Made by a program: the position numbers and the translations under genes. Below are positions 48,961-62,260 of a DNA stretch of 64,000 nt, piece after piece. The stretch's first letter is position 1. Every line of letters starts with the position of its first letter. The notes under the pieces were generated by a model. That model saw only the letters and a program-made list of their open reading frames with translations, was not told the DNA's origin and did no database searches. The stretch comes from a virus. Lineage: Duplodnaviria; Caudoviricetes. The DNA lies in IMG/VR virus record IMGVR_UViG_3300032030_000007, positions 128,001 through 192,000 of that record; one strand, 5' to 3'.

Positions 48961-49018
48961 ATGTAAAGGTGACAGATTTATATGATAAGGCGATAAACTT
49001 AAATGTAAAACAATAATT

Positions 49019-49666
49019 ATGGAACAAACTAACAACAAGAGATTCAAGAGAATCAAAAAATTATTTAATTTAAAGAACTTAATTGTTCTTATAGTAGTAC
49101 TAATGTTATTTTGGAGTACATTAGCTATTAATTCAAATGAACGCATTCATAAAATACCGGAAGTTGAAAACATAATAAGTATAGATACTGGTGTTATATC
49201 AAATGATGTTCTTAAAGATAGCTTGAAAGATGAAATGATTAATGAAGTTTCAAAGTATATAAAAACTAAAACTTCAAAATCGCATGAATTTATTCCAGCT
49301 TACTTAGTACATGCAGGTCTATCTAATAATATAGATATATGCTTTATAATGGCTCAAACAGAAATTGAGACATGTTATGGAACTATGGGTGCAGGTCATG
49401 AGTCTGCCCGTAAATCTATGTTTGGTATTATTAAAAGAAAATATCCAAATTATGAAGAAGCAATTAATCATTACTGTGAAGTATTGAAAAAATATTATCT
49501 TGTTAGAGGTAGAACTGAACAGCATCTTTTGACTAAATATGTAACTGCTAAAGGTGGAAGATATGCAGAAAATCCTGGATATGAAGCTTCATTAAGTGTA
49601 GCATATAATTCAATCAAAAGATCTACAAAAATTTATTCTTTACAACAAGAATACAATAAACTATAA
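49019..49666 (+). CDS. membrane-anchored glucosaminidase/lysozyme-like peptidoglycan hydrolase (endolysin candidate)
   Basis: N-terminal TM, FIMAQTEIETCYGT.G, S.FG, Y..YEEAI..Y...L...Y, RYA.NP.Y. Confidence 0.75.
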   Translation: MEQTNNKRFKRIKKLFNLKNLIVLIVVLMLFWSTLAINSNERIHKIPEVENIISIDTGVISNDVLKDSLKDEMINEVSKYIKTKTSKSHEFIPAYLVHAGLSNNIDICFIMAQTEIETCYGTMGAGHESARKSMFGIIKRKYPNYEEAINHYCEVLKKYYLVRGRTEQHLLTKYVTAKGGRYAENPGYEASLSVAYNSIKRSTKIYSLQQEYNKL

Positions 49667-49689
49667 AAATATACTATAAGTAGTAATTA

Positions 49690-50403
49690 ATGAATACTTT
49701 GATAAGCATTCTTAAAAACTTTTGGAATAAGTTTAAAACTCATATTATTTATATATTAATTATATTGATATTATGTAGTTTTTTAACAACATCCATAAGT
49801 AAATGTTCAAGCGTCAAAAATGAATATAAGAATAACATAGAGGCCTTGAATGATACTATTAAGTATTATCAAGACAAAAATGGAAATTTAGTTGCTAAAA
49901 AGTTGGCGTTTGAATCTGACATTAAAACACTTAAAGTTTTAAATGAACAATTGTATAAAGAAATAGAAGACCTTAAAATAAAAGGTAATGTTGCTTCAAT
50001 TGTTTATGTAACTGGTAAAGTTGAAAATCCTCCTAAAGATACTGTATATTTAATTAATCATGAAATCATATCTAAAGGATTTATTCGTGATTTTAATTTT
50101 AATGATAAGTATCGTACATTAGAAGGTAATGTCAAATATGATAATGATAGTTTAGGAATATTCATTAATAAAGACATCGTCAATTTTGATTATACAGTTG
50201 GTATGGATGAAAAAAATAATATCTATGTTAAGTCAACCAATCCGTATGTCAAATACAATGAAATTTCTGGATTTAAAATATCACAACCAAAGAAAACGCA
50301 TTGGAGCTTAGGTCCTGCTATAAACTTTGGATATGATCCTATTCAGAATAAACCGTCATTCAATATAGGTGTTTCATTAAATTATGGCTTATTAAAATTC
50401 TAA
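49690..50403 (+). CDS. spanin-like membrane protein (N-terminal TM, coiled coil, C-terminal beta-hairpin ending in Phe)
   Basis: Directly downstream of the endolysin. C-terminus HWSLGPAINFGY...FNIGVSLNYGLLKF. Confidence 0.55.
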   Translation: MNTLISILKNFWNKFKTHIIYILIILILCSFLTTSISKCSSVKNEYKNNIEALNDTIKYYQDKNGNLVAKKLAFESDIKTLKVLNEQLYKEIEDLKIKGNVASIVYVTGKVENPPKDTVYLINHEIISKGFIRDFNFNDKYRTLEGNVKYDNDSLGIFINKDIVNFDYTVGMDEKNNIYVKSTNPYVKYNEISGFKISQPKKTHWSLGPAINFGYDPIQNKPSFNIGVSLNYGLLKF

Positions 50404-50407
50404 AATA

Positions 50408-50444
50408 ATGGGAAGATAATTTTTAGTTATCTTCCTATTTTTTA
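50408..50444 (+). terminator. Terminator after lysis genes
   Basis: GGAAGATAA-loop-TTATCTTCC then a T run. Confidence 0.7.
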
Positions 50445-50563
50445 TTTTTTTCATTAATATTTGTTTTATTTTTATTTAAAATAGAAGTATCTGTAAAAGA
50501 CATTTGTCTTTTACGTCAGAAAGTATACTTTTTATAATTCTTATAAAAATATTAATAAAACAA

Positions 50564-52516
50564 ATGAATAGTTTAAATAAAATTAATATATACGTTGGTA
50601 CTGTAGGAAGCGCATATGTTGATAAAGAAACTGCTCGTAAACATGTTTTAGCTGCACAAAAGAATGTTCAAGACGTTCAACAAATTATTGTTGATGCTAA
50701 CAATTTGTACACAAAATTAGATGCTGCTGAAACTAAAGCAATTAATGCGCAAACTGGTGCTATCAGTATTAAAAACACATTAATTCAAAAAATTAATGAG
50801 TATGAAGGACTTGATTCTGTTAAGTATAGAAAATTAGTTAACATTAAAGAAAGTCTTTGGGATAATGATTTTGATGGTATATATTCAAATGGTGGTAATA
50901 CAGAAACCGCTTCTAAGAATATTCAAAATATTGCTAAACAGAAAGTTAATATTGGTAAAATCATTAATGATGCAGAAATCTTATTAGAAGATAATCAAAA
51001 ACTTGTATTAACTAGAATACAAGAATTTAATGATGCTACAGAAGAATTCAATTCATATATTCCTGCTGATGAAATTGATTCTGATGATATTAACGATTTG
51101 AAAGAACAAGAATTAATTGATATGATTAATGAAGTTAATTCAAATATTAATGGTATTAATGAAACTTCTGATGCAATCAATAATACTACACAAGAAACTA
51201 ATGATTTAATTGAACAAGTAATTTCTGGAAATGGATCACCAGTAGTTCCAATTACTGATGATACTCTTTATTGGTTTGCAGGTCAAACAAAACCAACTGT
51301 TAATTTCTTCAATTCAGCTGACTTTGTTATAACTGAAAATCAAGCTAATACTTGGCATGTATTTAAGACATATTCTGATAATAATGTTGAATTATTTATT
51401 GCTGGTGTTGATAGCATATTAAGTAAATCTACATGGTATGTAATTGTACCTGATAAGGGCTTAACTCCAGTTAAAGCTGATAAGGTAACTGTAGATAACA
51501 GATTCTCATTCATTATGGATGTAGTAGTTGATACAAAGACTTATAAGTTATATGAAGTAAATAATTCATTACCTACTGAAGATTCTACTTCTGGTGTATC
51601 ATTATCTCGTCTTAATATTATTATGACAACTGGTGAAGCAACTATTGATCCTGTTACAGAATATAAATATTGGTACATTGGAACATCTCTTCCAACTGTT
51701 CCTTATAAGCCTGAAAATAATCTTGCACAAGATGAAGAAGATTTTGGATGGAGACGTATTGAAGGTGAATTATCATCACATAATGAAAACAATCCAATTT
51801 CATCTGATTCTATACCTGTTTCTGATACATTAAACCCTGTAGATTTTTATGTAATAATTCCAGATGGCTGTGCTATTAAAGATGCATTTACAGATATATC
51901 ATTAACAGTATTTGATCGTATTGTTATAAACGGTTCACAATATGTTATTGTTAAGATGCGTGGATTAGAATTCGCATATACCATTTATTATAAAGGGGGT
52001 GAAGTAGAACCAACTGGCGAACCAACTGGAGAGCCAACTGGAGAGCCAACTGGAGAGCCAACTGGAGAAGAACCAACTGGCGAGCCAACTGGTGAACAAC
52101 CAACTGGAGAAGAACCAACTGGAGAAGAACCAACTGGAGAAGAACCAACTGGAGAAGAACCTCAAACAGTAAATAATTATTGGTATATTGGCATAAATCA
52201 ACCAACAGATGCAACAGTTATAGATGATGATTTAGCTCAAGAAGAATTGGGATTAGGTTGGCATTTCATACCAGGTGCATTAAATGAATATAGTAAAAAT
52301 AATCCAATCTTCCCAGGAAGTTCAGATTATGCAGTTATTATAAATGAAGATTATGATGATATTGATTACTATCTTGCATTACCTGTAGGTGTAGGTATAC
52401 ATGGAGCATTCGCTGATCCTACTGATTATACATTAACTGGAACTATCGAATTAGATGGCGTTCAATATAATGTATATCATACAGTTGGAAGTGAATTTGG
52501 TTGGTTATTATACTAA
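50564..52516 (+). CDS. putative virion surface protein: coiled coil + three WYIG domains + EPTG linker
   Basis: Start moved to ATG 50564. Three internal ~115-aa domain repeats. Confidence 0.7.
   Translation: MNSLNKINIYVGTVGSAYVDKETARKHVLAAQKNVQDVQQIIVDANNLYTKLDAAETKAINAQTGAISIKNTLIQKINEYEGLDSVKYRKLVNIKESLWDNDFDGIYSNGGNTETASKNIQNIAKQKVNIGKIINDAEILLEDNQKLVLTRIQEFNDATEEFNSYIPADEIDSDDINDLKEQELIDMINEVNSNINGINETSDAINNTTQETNDLIEQVISGNGSPVVPITDDTLYWFAGQTKPTVNFFNSADFVITENQANTWHVFKTYSDNNVELFIAGVDSILSKSTWYVIVPDKGLTPVKADKVTVDNRFSFIMDVVVDTKTYKLYEVNNSLPTEDSTSGVSLSRLNIIMTTGEATIDPVTEYKYWYIGTSLPTVPYKPENNLAQDEEDFGWRRIEGELSSHNENNPISSDSIPVSDTLNPVDFYVIIPDGCAIKDAFTDISLTVFDRIVINGSQYVIVKMRGLEFAYTIYYKGGEVEPTGEPTGEPTGEPTGEPTGEEPTGEPTGEQPTGEEPTGEEPTGEEPTGEEPQTVNNYWYIGINQPTDATVIDDDLAQEELGLGWHFIPGALNEYSKNNPIFPGSSDYAVIINEDYDDIDYYLALPVGVGIHGAFADPTDYTLTGTIELDGVQYNVYHTVGSEFGWLLY
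52007..52162 (+). repeat. 12/15-bp tandem repeat encoding (E)EPTG
   Basis: 11 CCAACTGG units. Confidence 0.9.
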
Positions 52517-52522
52517 AGCATA

Positions 52523-52553
52523 AATGTATCTGGTACCAAGTACCAGATACATT
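52523..52553 (+). repeat. Perfect 14-bp hairpin between co-oriented genes
   Basis: AATGTATCTGGTAC-caa-GTACCAGATACATT, no U-tract. Confidence 0.8.
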
Positions 52554-52585
52554 ATAAATTGAAAATAAAAATATTTAATTAATAT

Positions 52586-56098
<3,513 letters not shown>

Positions 56099-56120
56099 TT
56101 GATTATTCAAGTATTATATA

Positions 56121-56192
56121 AAAATGGAACGTACTTGGTACGTTCCATTTTAGTTTTTAAAACAAAAAAAGGAACTACTTGTGTAGTTCCTT
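56121..56192. terminator. Back-to-back terminators between convergent genes
   Basis: AAAATGGAACGTAC-ttg-GTACGTTCCATTTT and AAGGAACTAC-ttgt-GTAGTTCCTT. Confidence 0.8.
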
Positions 56193-56213
56193 AATTTATT
56201 GTATTTGTATTAA

Positions 56214-56807
56214 TTATGCTGTTTCAACAGTTGCTGTAGAAGTTTTTGGATCACCTGCTTTCTTTGCTCCAGGTAATGCAGCATTGTAAGCATCTACTTC
56301 TTCATTTGTGTATTCAACTGCATCTTTAGCTTCAACTGCTTCTACTGCAGGAGTCTTAATCTTGTCTGCTTCATTTAATGCTTCAAAGTCTTCATCAGTT
56401 AATTCTGTTCCTTTAGCTGCATTATATTCATTAGCATCTTCATAAAGAACTGCATCTTTAGCTTCAACTGCTTCTACTGCAGGAGTCTTAATTGCACCAT
56501 ATTGTAAAGCACCATCAAGTGTTAAATTATATTCTGCAGCTTCTTCTGCTGTATAAGTTTGTACTTCAGGTTCTCCAGTTGGTGTATTTTGACCTGTAGG
56601 TTCAGCCTGTGAAGTTTGACCTTGTTCTCCTGATTCTTCAGAAGCTTCATCTTGTGTATTTGCTGCGCCTGCTGGTACATACCAATCGTTGGCTGCCATT
56701 TCTTCATCATATCTTGTAAGACCAGTAGCTGCAGTAAACTTTTCTTCAGTTGTCATTTCAGAAGTATCTACTCCCATGATTTCGAGTCTTTCATCAATTC
56801 TACTCAT
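56214..56807 (-). CDS. acidic repeat protein
   Basis: YTAEEAAEYN...IKTPAVEAVEAKDAV modules. 45-bp perfect direct repeat at 56316-56360 and 56448-56492. Confidence 0.75.
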   Translation of the reverse strand: MSRIDERLEIMGVDTSEMTTEEKFTAATGLTRYDEEMAANDWYVPAGAANTQDEASEESGEQGQTSQAEPTGQNTPTGEPEVQTYTAEEAAEYNLTLDGALQYGAIKTPAVEAVEAKDAVLYEDANEYNAAKGTELTDEDFEALNEADKIKTPAVEAVEAKDAVEYTNEEVDAYNAALPGAKKAGDPKTSTATVETA

Positions 56808-56881
56808 TTTATATAACGTTATATTTTTATATACTTTACTTTCCTCTATAATATATTTAATAATAACAATTTATATCATAA

Positions 56882-59668
56882 TTAAAACATTATTGATAAT
56901 TGATGAGCATTTGATGCATTAACTTTTGGTATATCCATTACTTCCAAGAATCTATTAATAGGATCAATAATTGTCTTTTCCCATTGTGTTATCTTATCAA
57001 TTTTAGGAGCCCACTCAGGAAGTTCACCAGATGGGAAGCCAAAGTATCCTTCTTGTTTTTCATTAATTCTTATATTATAATATTTGATCTTACCAGAGTA
57101 TTGAATCTTATTATCTTCATTATTCTTATGAGCTAAATAATTATATCTTGCTATAGCTTGTACAGATACAGGACATTGTTTACCTAACAATAATGATTCT
57201 TTATCATCTATTACATATTTCTTATAATCACCAATACCTACAGATTGTGATATGTCTTCAATCGGTGCTTTATAGAATTCCCTTCTGAATCCTGCAAGTT
57301 TTTCATTAAATGCTAAAATATATTCGTTACGATTTTCTTCGTGATATTCAAACATCAAACTATTCATCAATTTCTTCAATACAGTTCTACATAGTTTTGG
57401 TGTTGTAGATTTAATAATTTCAATACCTGTGCCCGATACCTTTGGTTCATCATAATACTTTCCTTTTACATATGCATATCCTTTAAGATACTTCTTTTTC
57501 TTAATACAAATCTGTGCATAAGAAATTGTTTCCAATTCAAACTCATGTACGTTCTTTCCATATCTTGGATTATACATTTCTTCGCACCACTTATTATTAA
57601 GCTTATCTTGAAACTTCTTACAATAGTTCAAAATCCAGTCAACCTTCTTTCTATCTGTATCATATTTCTTTTGATATTCTGGTGTCATACACTTGAAGAA
57701 ATTACCAAATGTTACATATACAGAATCAGTATCCGAATAGCAAGATATAGTCTGTTTTCTAAACCAATCATGTTTACTTTCATCAAGTTCAAATTCAAAC
57801 TGTTGCCAAATATCTTTTCTATTCCAAATACCTTCATGGAACCATTCTTCAAGATTATGCCACATTGTCTTTGTAAGATGACGGCATTCTCCAGTGATAT
57901 CTGCTGCAAGTGATGCATTAAAGAAATAGAAGAATTGATTAGCACATGCTCCATATAAGCCATTCATCAAAACTTTATGTGCAAGCTCAAGCAATGAATA
58001 TTCATGTCGCAAGTCTTCAACTTCAACTCTAAATTTCTTAAGTTCATCTTCAGACATTGTAAACAGATCTTCATGAGTCTTATTGAACTTTTCTTTAAGC
58101 AAATCAACAATATCTTGATGGAATTCAATATGATCATTTGAATGATTCAATATATTATCAATTTCAACAAGTGCTTCAGCTTCAATTCTTTGGCCTGTAT
58201 ATTTATATTTGTCACGTAATACTTTAAGGTTAGCTTGTATACGACGGAATGCATAGTCCTTATCATTCTTATATACATTACCCATTACAGTAACAAAATA
58301 ATTTGGATCTTTCCTAAATCTTTCAAGATCTGCTTCAGTCCATTTAAGAGTTGTATATCTTCCAAAACTATCAGGACCAACTCTATTCTCATAGAAGTTC
58401 TCAAATGATAGATTACAAGTTCTTACCTGTGATGGATAAAGTGATGCGAAATCAAAACATACTGTAAATTCATATCGACCTGGCACACAACCACAGAATG
58501 CTCCTTCATACGGTATCTTTACTCTTTCAATAGCATCGTAATCCCAAACAACCTTCTGTCCTTGATTATAGAATTCTTCGAACACATTTGCTGTACCTAA
58601 TGCTACCTGTCCAAATGCAGCTAATAAAGGTACCAAAGTAACTGATGATACAGCACAAGGTGATTCTAAAGATTTTAATTTATAATGAATCAACATTGTG
58701 ATAAGACTATCGACAGCATTATAGAAATAATACCATTCTGGGTCCTTTTCATAAAGATCTTGCAATGATCCTTCATATTTAATCTTATGAGCTTTAACTG
58801 CAGCATTACCTACCCAATCCAAAGAATATGATTCATAAGGTCTTAATATATAATCATAATCTTTAACAATCTGCATATAGTCCAATATGATTGAATGGCA
58901 TGGACCTGGACATCTTTTCTTAAGTCCACCTACTTCTTCCCAACTATATTGTTTAATTTCTCCAGTTGGTGAAGACTTACGAATCATATTAAATGCTACA
59001 TTCTTTCCAAATAATCTATTAATACGATTAACAAGATATAACCAGTCAAATCCATAACTGTTCCATCCTGCAAGACAAGCAATTTTTGGAATAATTACAG
59101 TAAAGAAATGAGTAAGCATAGCTTCCTCAGTCTCAAAATATTGATATAATACTTTTGGTTGTTTTCCATTTGAATTTACAAAATCTTTTGCAAATTCATT
59201 TTCATTAACCCAATCCAAATAACGTTTTCTAAATAATGCTATTTGATCTTCATTGAGTCTGTGTAGTCCATATACAATACAACTAAGATCTGGACCTACT
59301 AAAGATATAGCTGTAACTTTATGTTCCGCTTTATCAGGATCAGGGAACTCTCCTTTAACAAATTCTGTTTCAATATCGAACGTATATAATTTTGGAAAAT
59401 ATTGAGCATGCATTTCAGTATTTAAATCTTTTGGAAGCTCATACATAAATTCCAAAATATCAAATTCGTTTGGTGTATAATTTAAAGTATCTTTAAATAC
59501 TTTATTACATCTACGACCATTCCAAGTTTCAAATTCTCCTTGTGCATCATATTCATATGACTTAATGTGATGTAAATGCTTTGTGAAAAATTTTCTATTT
59601 CCTAATTTATCTATATACGAAATAGTCAACTTTTGATCTCTTTTATTCCATGTTCTATCTAATATCAT
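56882..59668 (-). CDS. family B DNA polymerase with 3'-5' exonuclease
   Basis: ExoI FDIET, ExoII GWNSYGFD, ExoIII YNAVD, motif A DFASLYPS, B K..MNGLYG, C YSDTDS, KKKY, GIEIIKSTTP. Confidence 0.95.
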   Translation of the reverse strand: MILDRTWNKRDQKLTISYIDKLGNRKFFTKHLHHIKSYEYDAQGEFETWNGRRCNKVFKDTLNYTPNEFDILEFMYELPKDLNTEMHAQYFPKLYTFDIETEFVKGEFPDPDKAEHKVTAISLVGPDLSCIVYGLHRLNEDQIALFRKRYLDWVNENEFAKDFVNSNGKQPKVLYQYFETEEAMLTHFFTVIIPKIACLAGWNSYGFDWLYLVNRINRLFGKNVAFNMIRKSSPTGEIKQYSWEEVGGLKKRCPGPCHSIILDYMQIVKDYDYILRPYESYSLDWVGNAAVKAHKIKYEGSLQDLYEKDPEWYYFYNAVDSLITMLIHYKLKSLESPCAVSSVTLVPLLAAFGQVALGTANVFEEFYNQGQKVVWDYDAIERVKIPYEGAFCGCVPGRYEFTVCFDFASLYPSQVRTCNLSFENFYENRVGPDSFGRYTTLKWTEADLERFRKDPNYFVTVMGNVYKNDKDYAFRRIQANLKVLRDKYKYTGQRIEAEALVEIDNILNHSNDHIEFHQDIVDLLKEKFNKTHEDLFTMSEDELKKFRVEVEDLRHEYSLLELAHKVLMNGLYGACANQFFYFFNASLAADITGECRHLTKTMWHNLEEWFHEGIWNRKDIWQQFEFELDESKHDWFRKQTISCYSDTDSVYVTFGNFFKCMTPEYQKKYDTDRKKVDWILNYCKKFQDKLNNKWCEEMYNPRYGKNVHEFELETISYAQICIKKKKYLKGYAYVKGKYYDEPKVSGTGIEIIKSTTPKLCRTVLKKLMNSLMFEYHEENRNEYILAFNEKLAGFRREFYKAPIEDISQSVGIGDYKKYVIDDKESLLLGKQCPVSVQAIARYNYLAHKNNEDNKIQYSGKIKYYNIRINEKQEGYFGFPSGELPEWAPKIDKITQWEKTIIDPINRFLEVMDIPKVNASNAHQLSIMF

Positions 59669-59695
59669 AAAAGTTAATAAAATATATTTATGTAA

Positions 59696-59727
59696 ATCTC
59701 TTAACGAGATATGGGATCAACTCCCAT
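59696..59727 (-). promoter_or_regulatory. Tandem hairpins in polymerase 5' UTR (candidate translational operator)
   Basis: ATGGGA-GTTGA-TCCCAT immediately followed by ATCTC-GTTAA-GAGAT. Confidence 0.55.
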
Positions 59728-59755
59728 TTTAGTTTCTTGTAATTATAATATAGAA

Positions 59756-59785
59756 AAAGGCACAGATTAATTAATCCGTACCTTT
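59756..59785 (-). terminator. Terminator after lipoprotein gene, overlapping polymerase promoter
   Basis: AAAGGTACGGATT/AATCTGTGCCTTT then TT. CTATATT box at 59747-59753. Confidence 0.65.
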
Positions 59786-59811
59786 AAATATAGTTTAATA
59801 AAAATTATTGT

Positions 59812-60585
59812 TTATTGTTTCATATATATAATTTCACCAAGTGTTAAAAGATTACCATCAATTGACCATGAAATTCTATCAATTTCTTTTCCATTTTTGA
59901 AAATAATCATTTCATTATTATTTAATACATAATAAAATTCTTCTTCATAATAATCTCCATAACTGAAACAAATCCATTTAATATGATTACCATTAATGAT
60001 AATTGACATTCGTTCGTATTGAGATGCATTTACCTGATTATACATGCCATTTGGAATATAATATGCATTTGTATAATTATAACGAAACAACTTTGGAGCC
60101 CATTCTTCAATATGATATCCTAAATATGTTAATTTGATTTTATCATTTCTATTAATTCGTAAATATTTTGTTGGTTCACTATCTAAACAAGTTAAAACAA
60201 TTCCACCATATAATGCATCAGCTCTAAATACAAATTTATATACATATCCTAAATTATCATCTTTATGATAAACATACAATGTAAGAATATCTTTATTAAG
60301 TTCATATTTACAAATTTGATAACGAAGTTGCCCAGCATAAAATTCTCCAATATCATTTGTATAATTATTTGAACCACTCCACCATATATTACCATATTCT
60401 GTTGGATTCTTAAATAATACGAATGCTTCGTTTTTGTTAATATTTGAATTATCTAAAACTCCGCTAACTTCGAACACACCAAGCACATTAGGACTTACTG
60501 AATTATCATAACGGTTTTCAGTTTCATCCTTTGAACATGAACACAATGCAAAAATTGCAACAAAAATAAAAATCAGTTTCCTCAT
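59812..60585 (-). CDS. Bacteroidota-type lipoprotein
   Basis: Signal peptide ending LCSC-SKDE, beta-rich lipocalin-like C-terminus (WSIDGNLLTL). Confidence 0.75.
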   Translation of the reverse strand: MRKLIFIFVAIFALCSCSKDETENRYDNSVSPNVLGVFEVSGVLDNSNINKNEAFVLFKNPTEYGNIWWSGSNNYTNDIGEFYAGQLRYQICKYELNKDILTLYVYHKDDNLGYVYKFVFRADALYGGIVLTCLDSEPTKYLRINRNDKIKLTYLGYHIEEWAPKLFRYNYTNAYYIPNGMYNQVNASQYERMSIIINGNHIKWICFSYGDYYEEEFYYVLNNNEMIIFKNGKEIDRISWSIDGNLLTLGEIIYMKQ

Positions 60586-60611
60586 AAAATTTATTGTTTA
60601 ATTAATAAAAC

Positions 60612-61355
60612 TTATTTTAATTTAACTTTATAATCATTACAAGTAGTAGCCTTATATTTCTTAAGTGTATTATCAAATTCCTTATAAGAAGTTTTCCGTC
60701 CAAGAAGAGACTTACCTGAACTTCTATGATTTGCTAAAGCTTCATTATCAAAAGTAAAGAACTTAACAGATTTAGGAGTACCAATGTAAGGATTCCAATT
60801 AACTATATTAATTGCTTTTTGTAATTCTTTTACTTTATAGATATCTGTCTTAAACCACCAAATTCCTTCAGTACCGTAGATTGCACAGATAAGAGCAACA
60901 TTCTTTTTGAATGCAATTACTTTACGAGCTTTTTCTGAAAGAGTAGAAGCTTTTTCTTCTTCCTTAGTAACATGATTGTCTACCTTATGAATTCCGTATG
61001 CATTAATTCTACGGCATTCCTTCATAAACCAAAATCCATGTGCATTATATTTATGACCTGAAACTGGTTTGTGATTCTGTACAAAATGCTCAGGATTAAA
61101 TGTATAATCTGCAATATGAATCATTTCATGAAGAAGGGTTGACATCTTAACTTCCTCAGGAGAATCAAAATAGTTAGAAATTGCAATGTACTCAGGATTA
61201 ACTTTATTGTTTGGGTAGTCATATCTAAAAGATGCATACCCCCACATTCTCTTAGTATGATTAACCTTGAACTCAATCATTGGAAGTTCTCCGTTCCAAT
61301 ATTTGTTATTGAACTCAATGTAATGTTCCTTAATCCAATTAATTGTAACTATCAT
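60612..61355 (-). CDS. SprT-like zinc metalloprotease
   Basis: FNNKYWNGELP, TLLHEMIH, HG..F. Start moved to ATG 61355 below the promoter. Confidence 0.85.
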   Translation of the reverse strand: MIVTINWIKEHYIEFNNKYWNGELPMIEFKVNHTKRMWGYASFRYDYPNNKVNPEYIAISNYFDSPEEVKMSTLLHEMIHIADYTFNPEHFVQNHKPVSGHKYNAHGFWFMKECRRINAYGIHKVDNHVTKEEEKASTLSEKARKVIAFKKNVALICAIYGTEGIWWFKTDIYKVKELQKAINIVNWNPYIGTPKSVKFFTFDNEALANHRSSGKSLLGRKTSYKEFDNTLKKYKATTCNDYKVKLK

Positions 61356-61376
61356 ATATTTTATTTTTATATATAC

Positions 61377-61404
61377 AATATAGTTCATTTATTGAAAAAT
61401 TCAA
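61377..61404 (-). promoter_or_regulatory. Phage promoter TTGAA-N16-CTATATT
   Basis: Exact motif. Confidence 0.7.
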
Positions 61405-61433
61405 ATATTATATAAAAATATATAGCTATAATT

Positions 61434-62225
61434 ATGCAAATTTTAAAATCTGATTTATTATGGGCTCAATTAATGAAGCAATTCGATATAGCTAAAAATG
61501 AAGTAATTGAAATATCAAATTCTGAATATGACGATATATCTCAGCATTTATCACCACAAGAAACTGTAGCAAATGGTCCTGCTCCTAAGTTACTTAAATG
61601 TATTAATTATAAAGAAACAATTACATTTAAGAATATTAATTCTACTATTTTAAAATCATGTATATTTTTAATTTATGATGATAATTCTTATGAAGACGTT
61701 ACTACAAAATGCAATTATAAATTATCTGAAGAAAATGGAACATTAGAAAGAAATAACATTTTCGCAAATAATGAAGTAGAATTAATTTATAAACCTAATG
61801 CATTTAATAATGAAGCAATAACAATTGAAGCAGAATATAAAAATTTAAAATGTAATGTTATAACTTATGTTATGAGAAAAGGAGATTTCTGGTATGTAGG
61901 TACTAATATGCCTGATGAAAATAATATAGAAATAGTTAACTATCATTCATCAGAAAGTGGTTGGAGAAAATTAGAAATGTCATTAGCAAGTTATGATGGT
62001 GATACTCCTATTTATGAAGATACAGATGGAATTGAAATATCTGAATCATTAAGTCCTGTTGATTATTATCTATTATTACCTGAAGAATGCTATATTAAAG
62101 ATGCATTTGGGAGAATAGAATCTGGAACATTTGTTAAATCTGTAATAATTCAAAATAAGTTATATAATTTATATAAACGAAATGGATTAGAATATTCATT
62201 CCCAATATATAGAGAAGCTGATTAA
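61434..62225 (+). CDS. Ig-like + WYVG-domain protein, paralogous to 50564..52516
   Basis: YDDNSYEDVT (Big_2-like) then WYVGT..P...GWR...PVDYY...IKDAF...GLEY. Confidence 0.7.
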   Translation: MQILKSDLLWAQLMKQFDIAKNEVIEISNSEYDDISQHLSPQETVANGPAPKLLKCINYKETITFKNINSTILKSCIFLIYDDNSYEDVTTKCNYKLSEENGTLERNNIFANNEVELIYKPNAFNNEAITIEAEYKNLKCNVITYVMRKGDFWYVGTNMPDENNIEIVNYHSSESGWRKLEMSLASYDGDTPIYEDTDGIEISESLSPVDYYLLLPEECYIKDAFGRIESGTFVKSVIIQNKLYNLYKRNGLEYSFPIYREAD

Positions 62226-62229
62226 ATAA

Positions 62230-62255
62230 AAAGAGGTACCTTAAGGTACCTCTTT
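62230..62255. terminator. Bidirectional terminator
   Basis: Perfect palindrome AAAGAGGTACCTTAAGGTACCTCTTT between convergent genes. Confidence 0.8.
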
Positions 62256-62260
62256 ATTGT

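Noticed and set aside
56882-59668. Intein or intron in DNA polymerase
   Set aside because: Continuous ORF with all motifs. The extra segment between motifs A and B lacks intein terminal residues.
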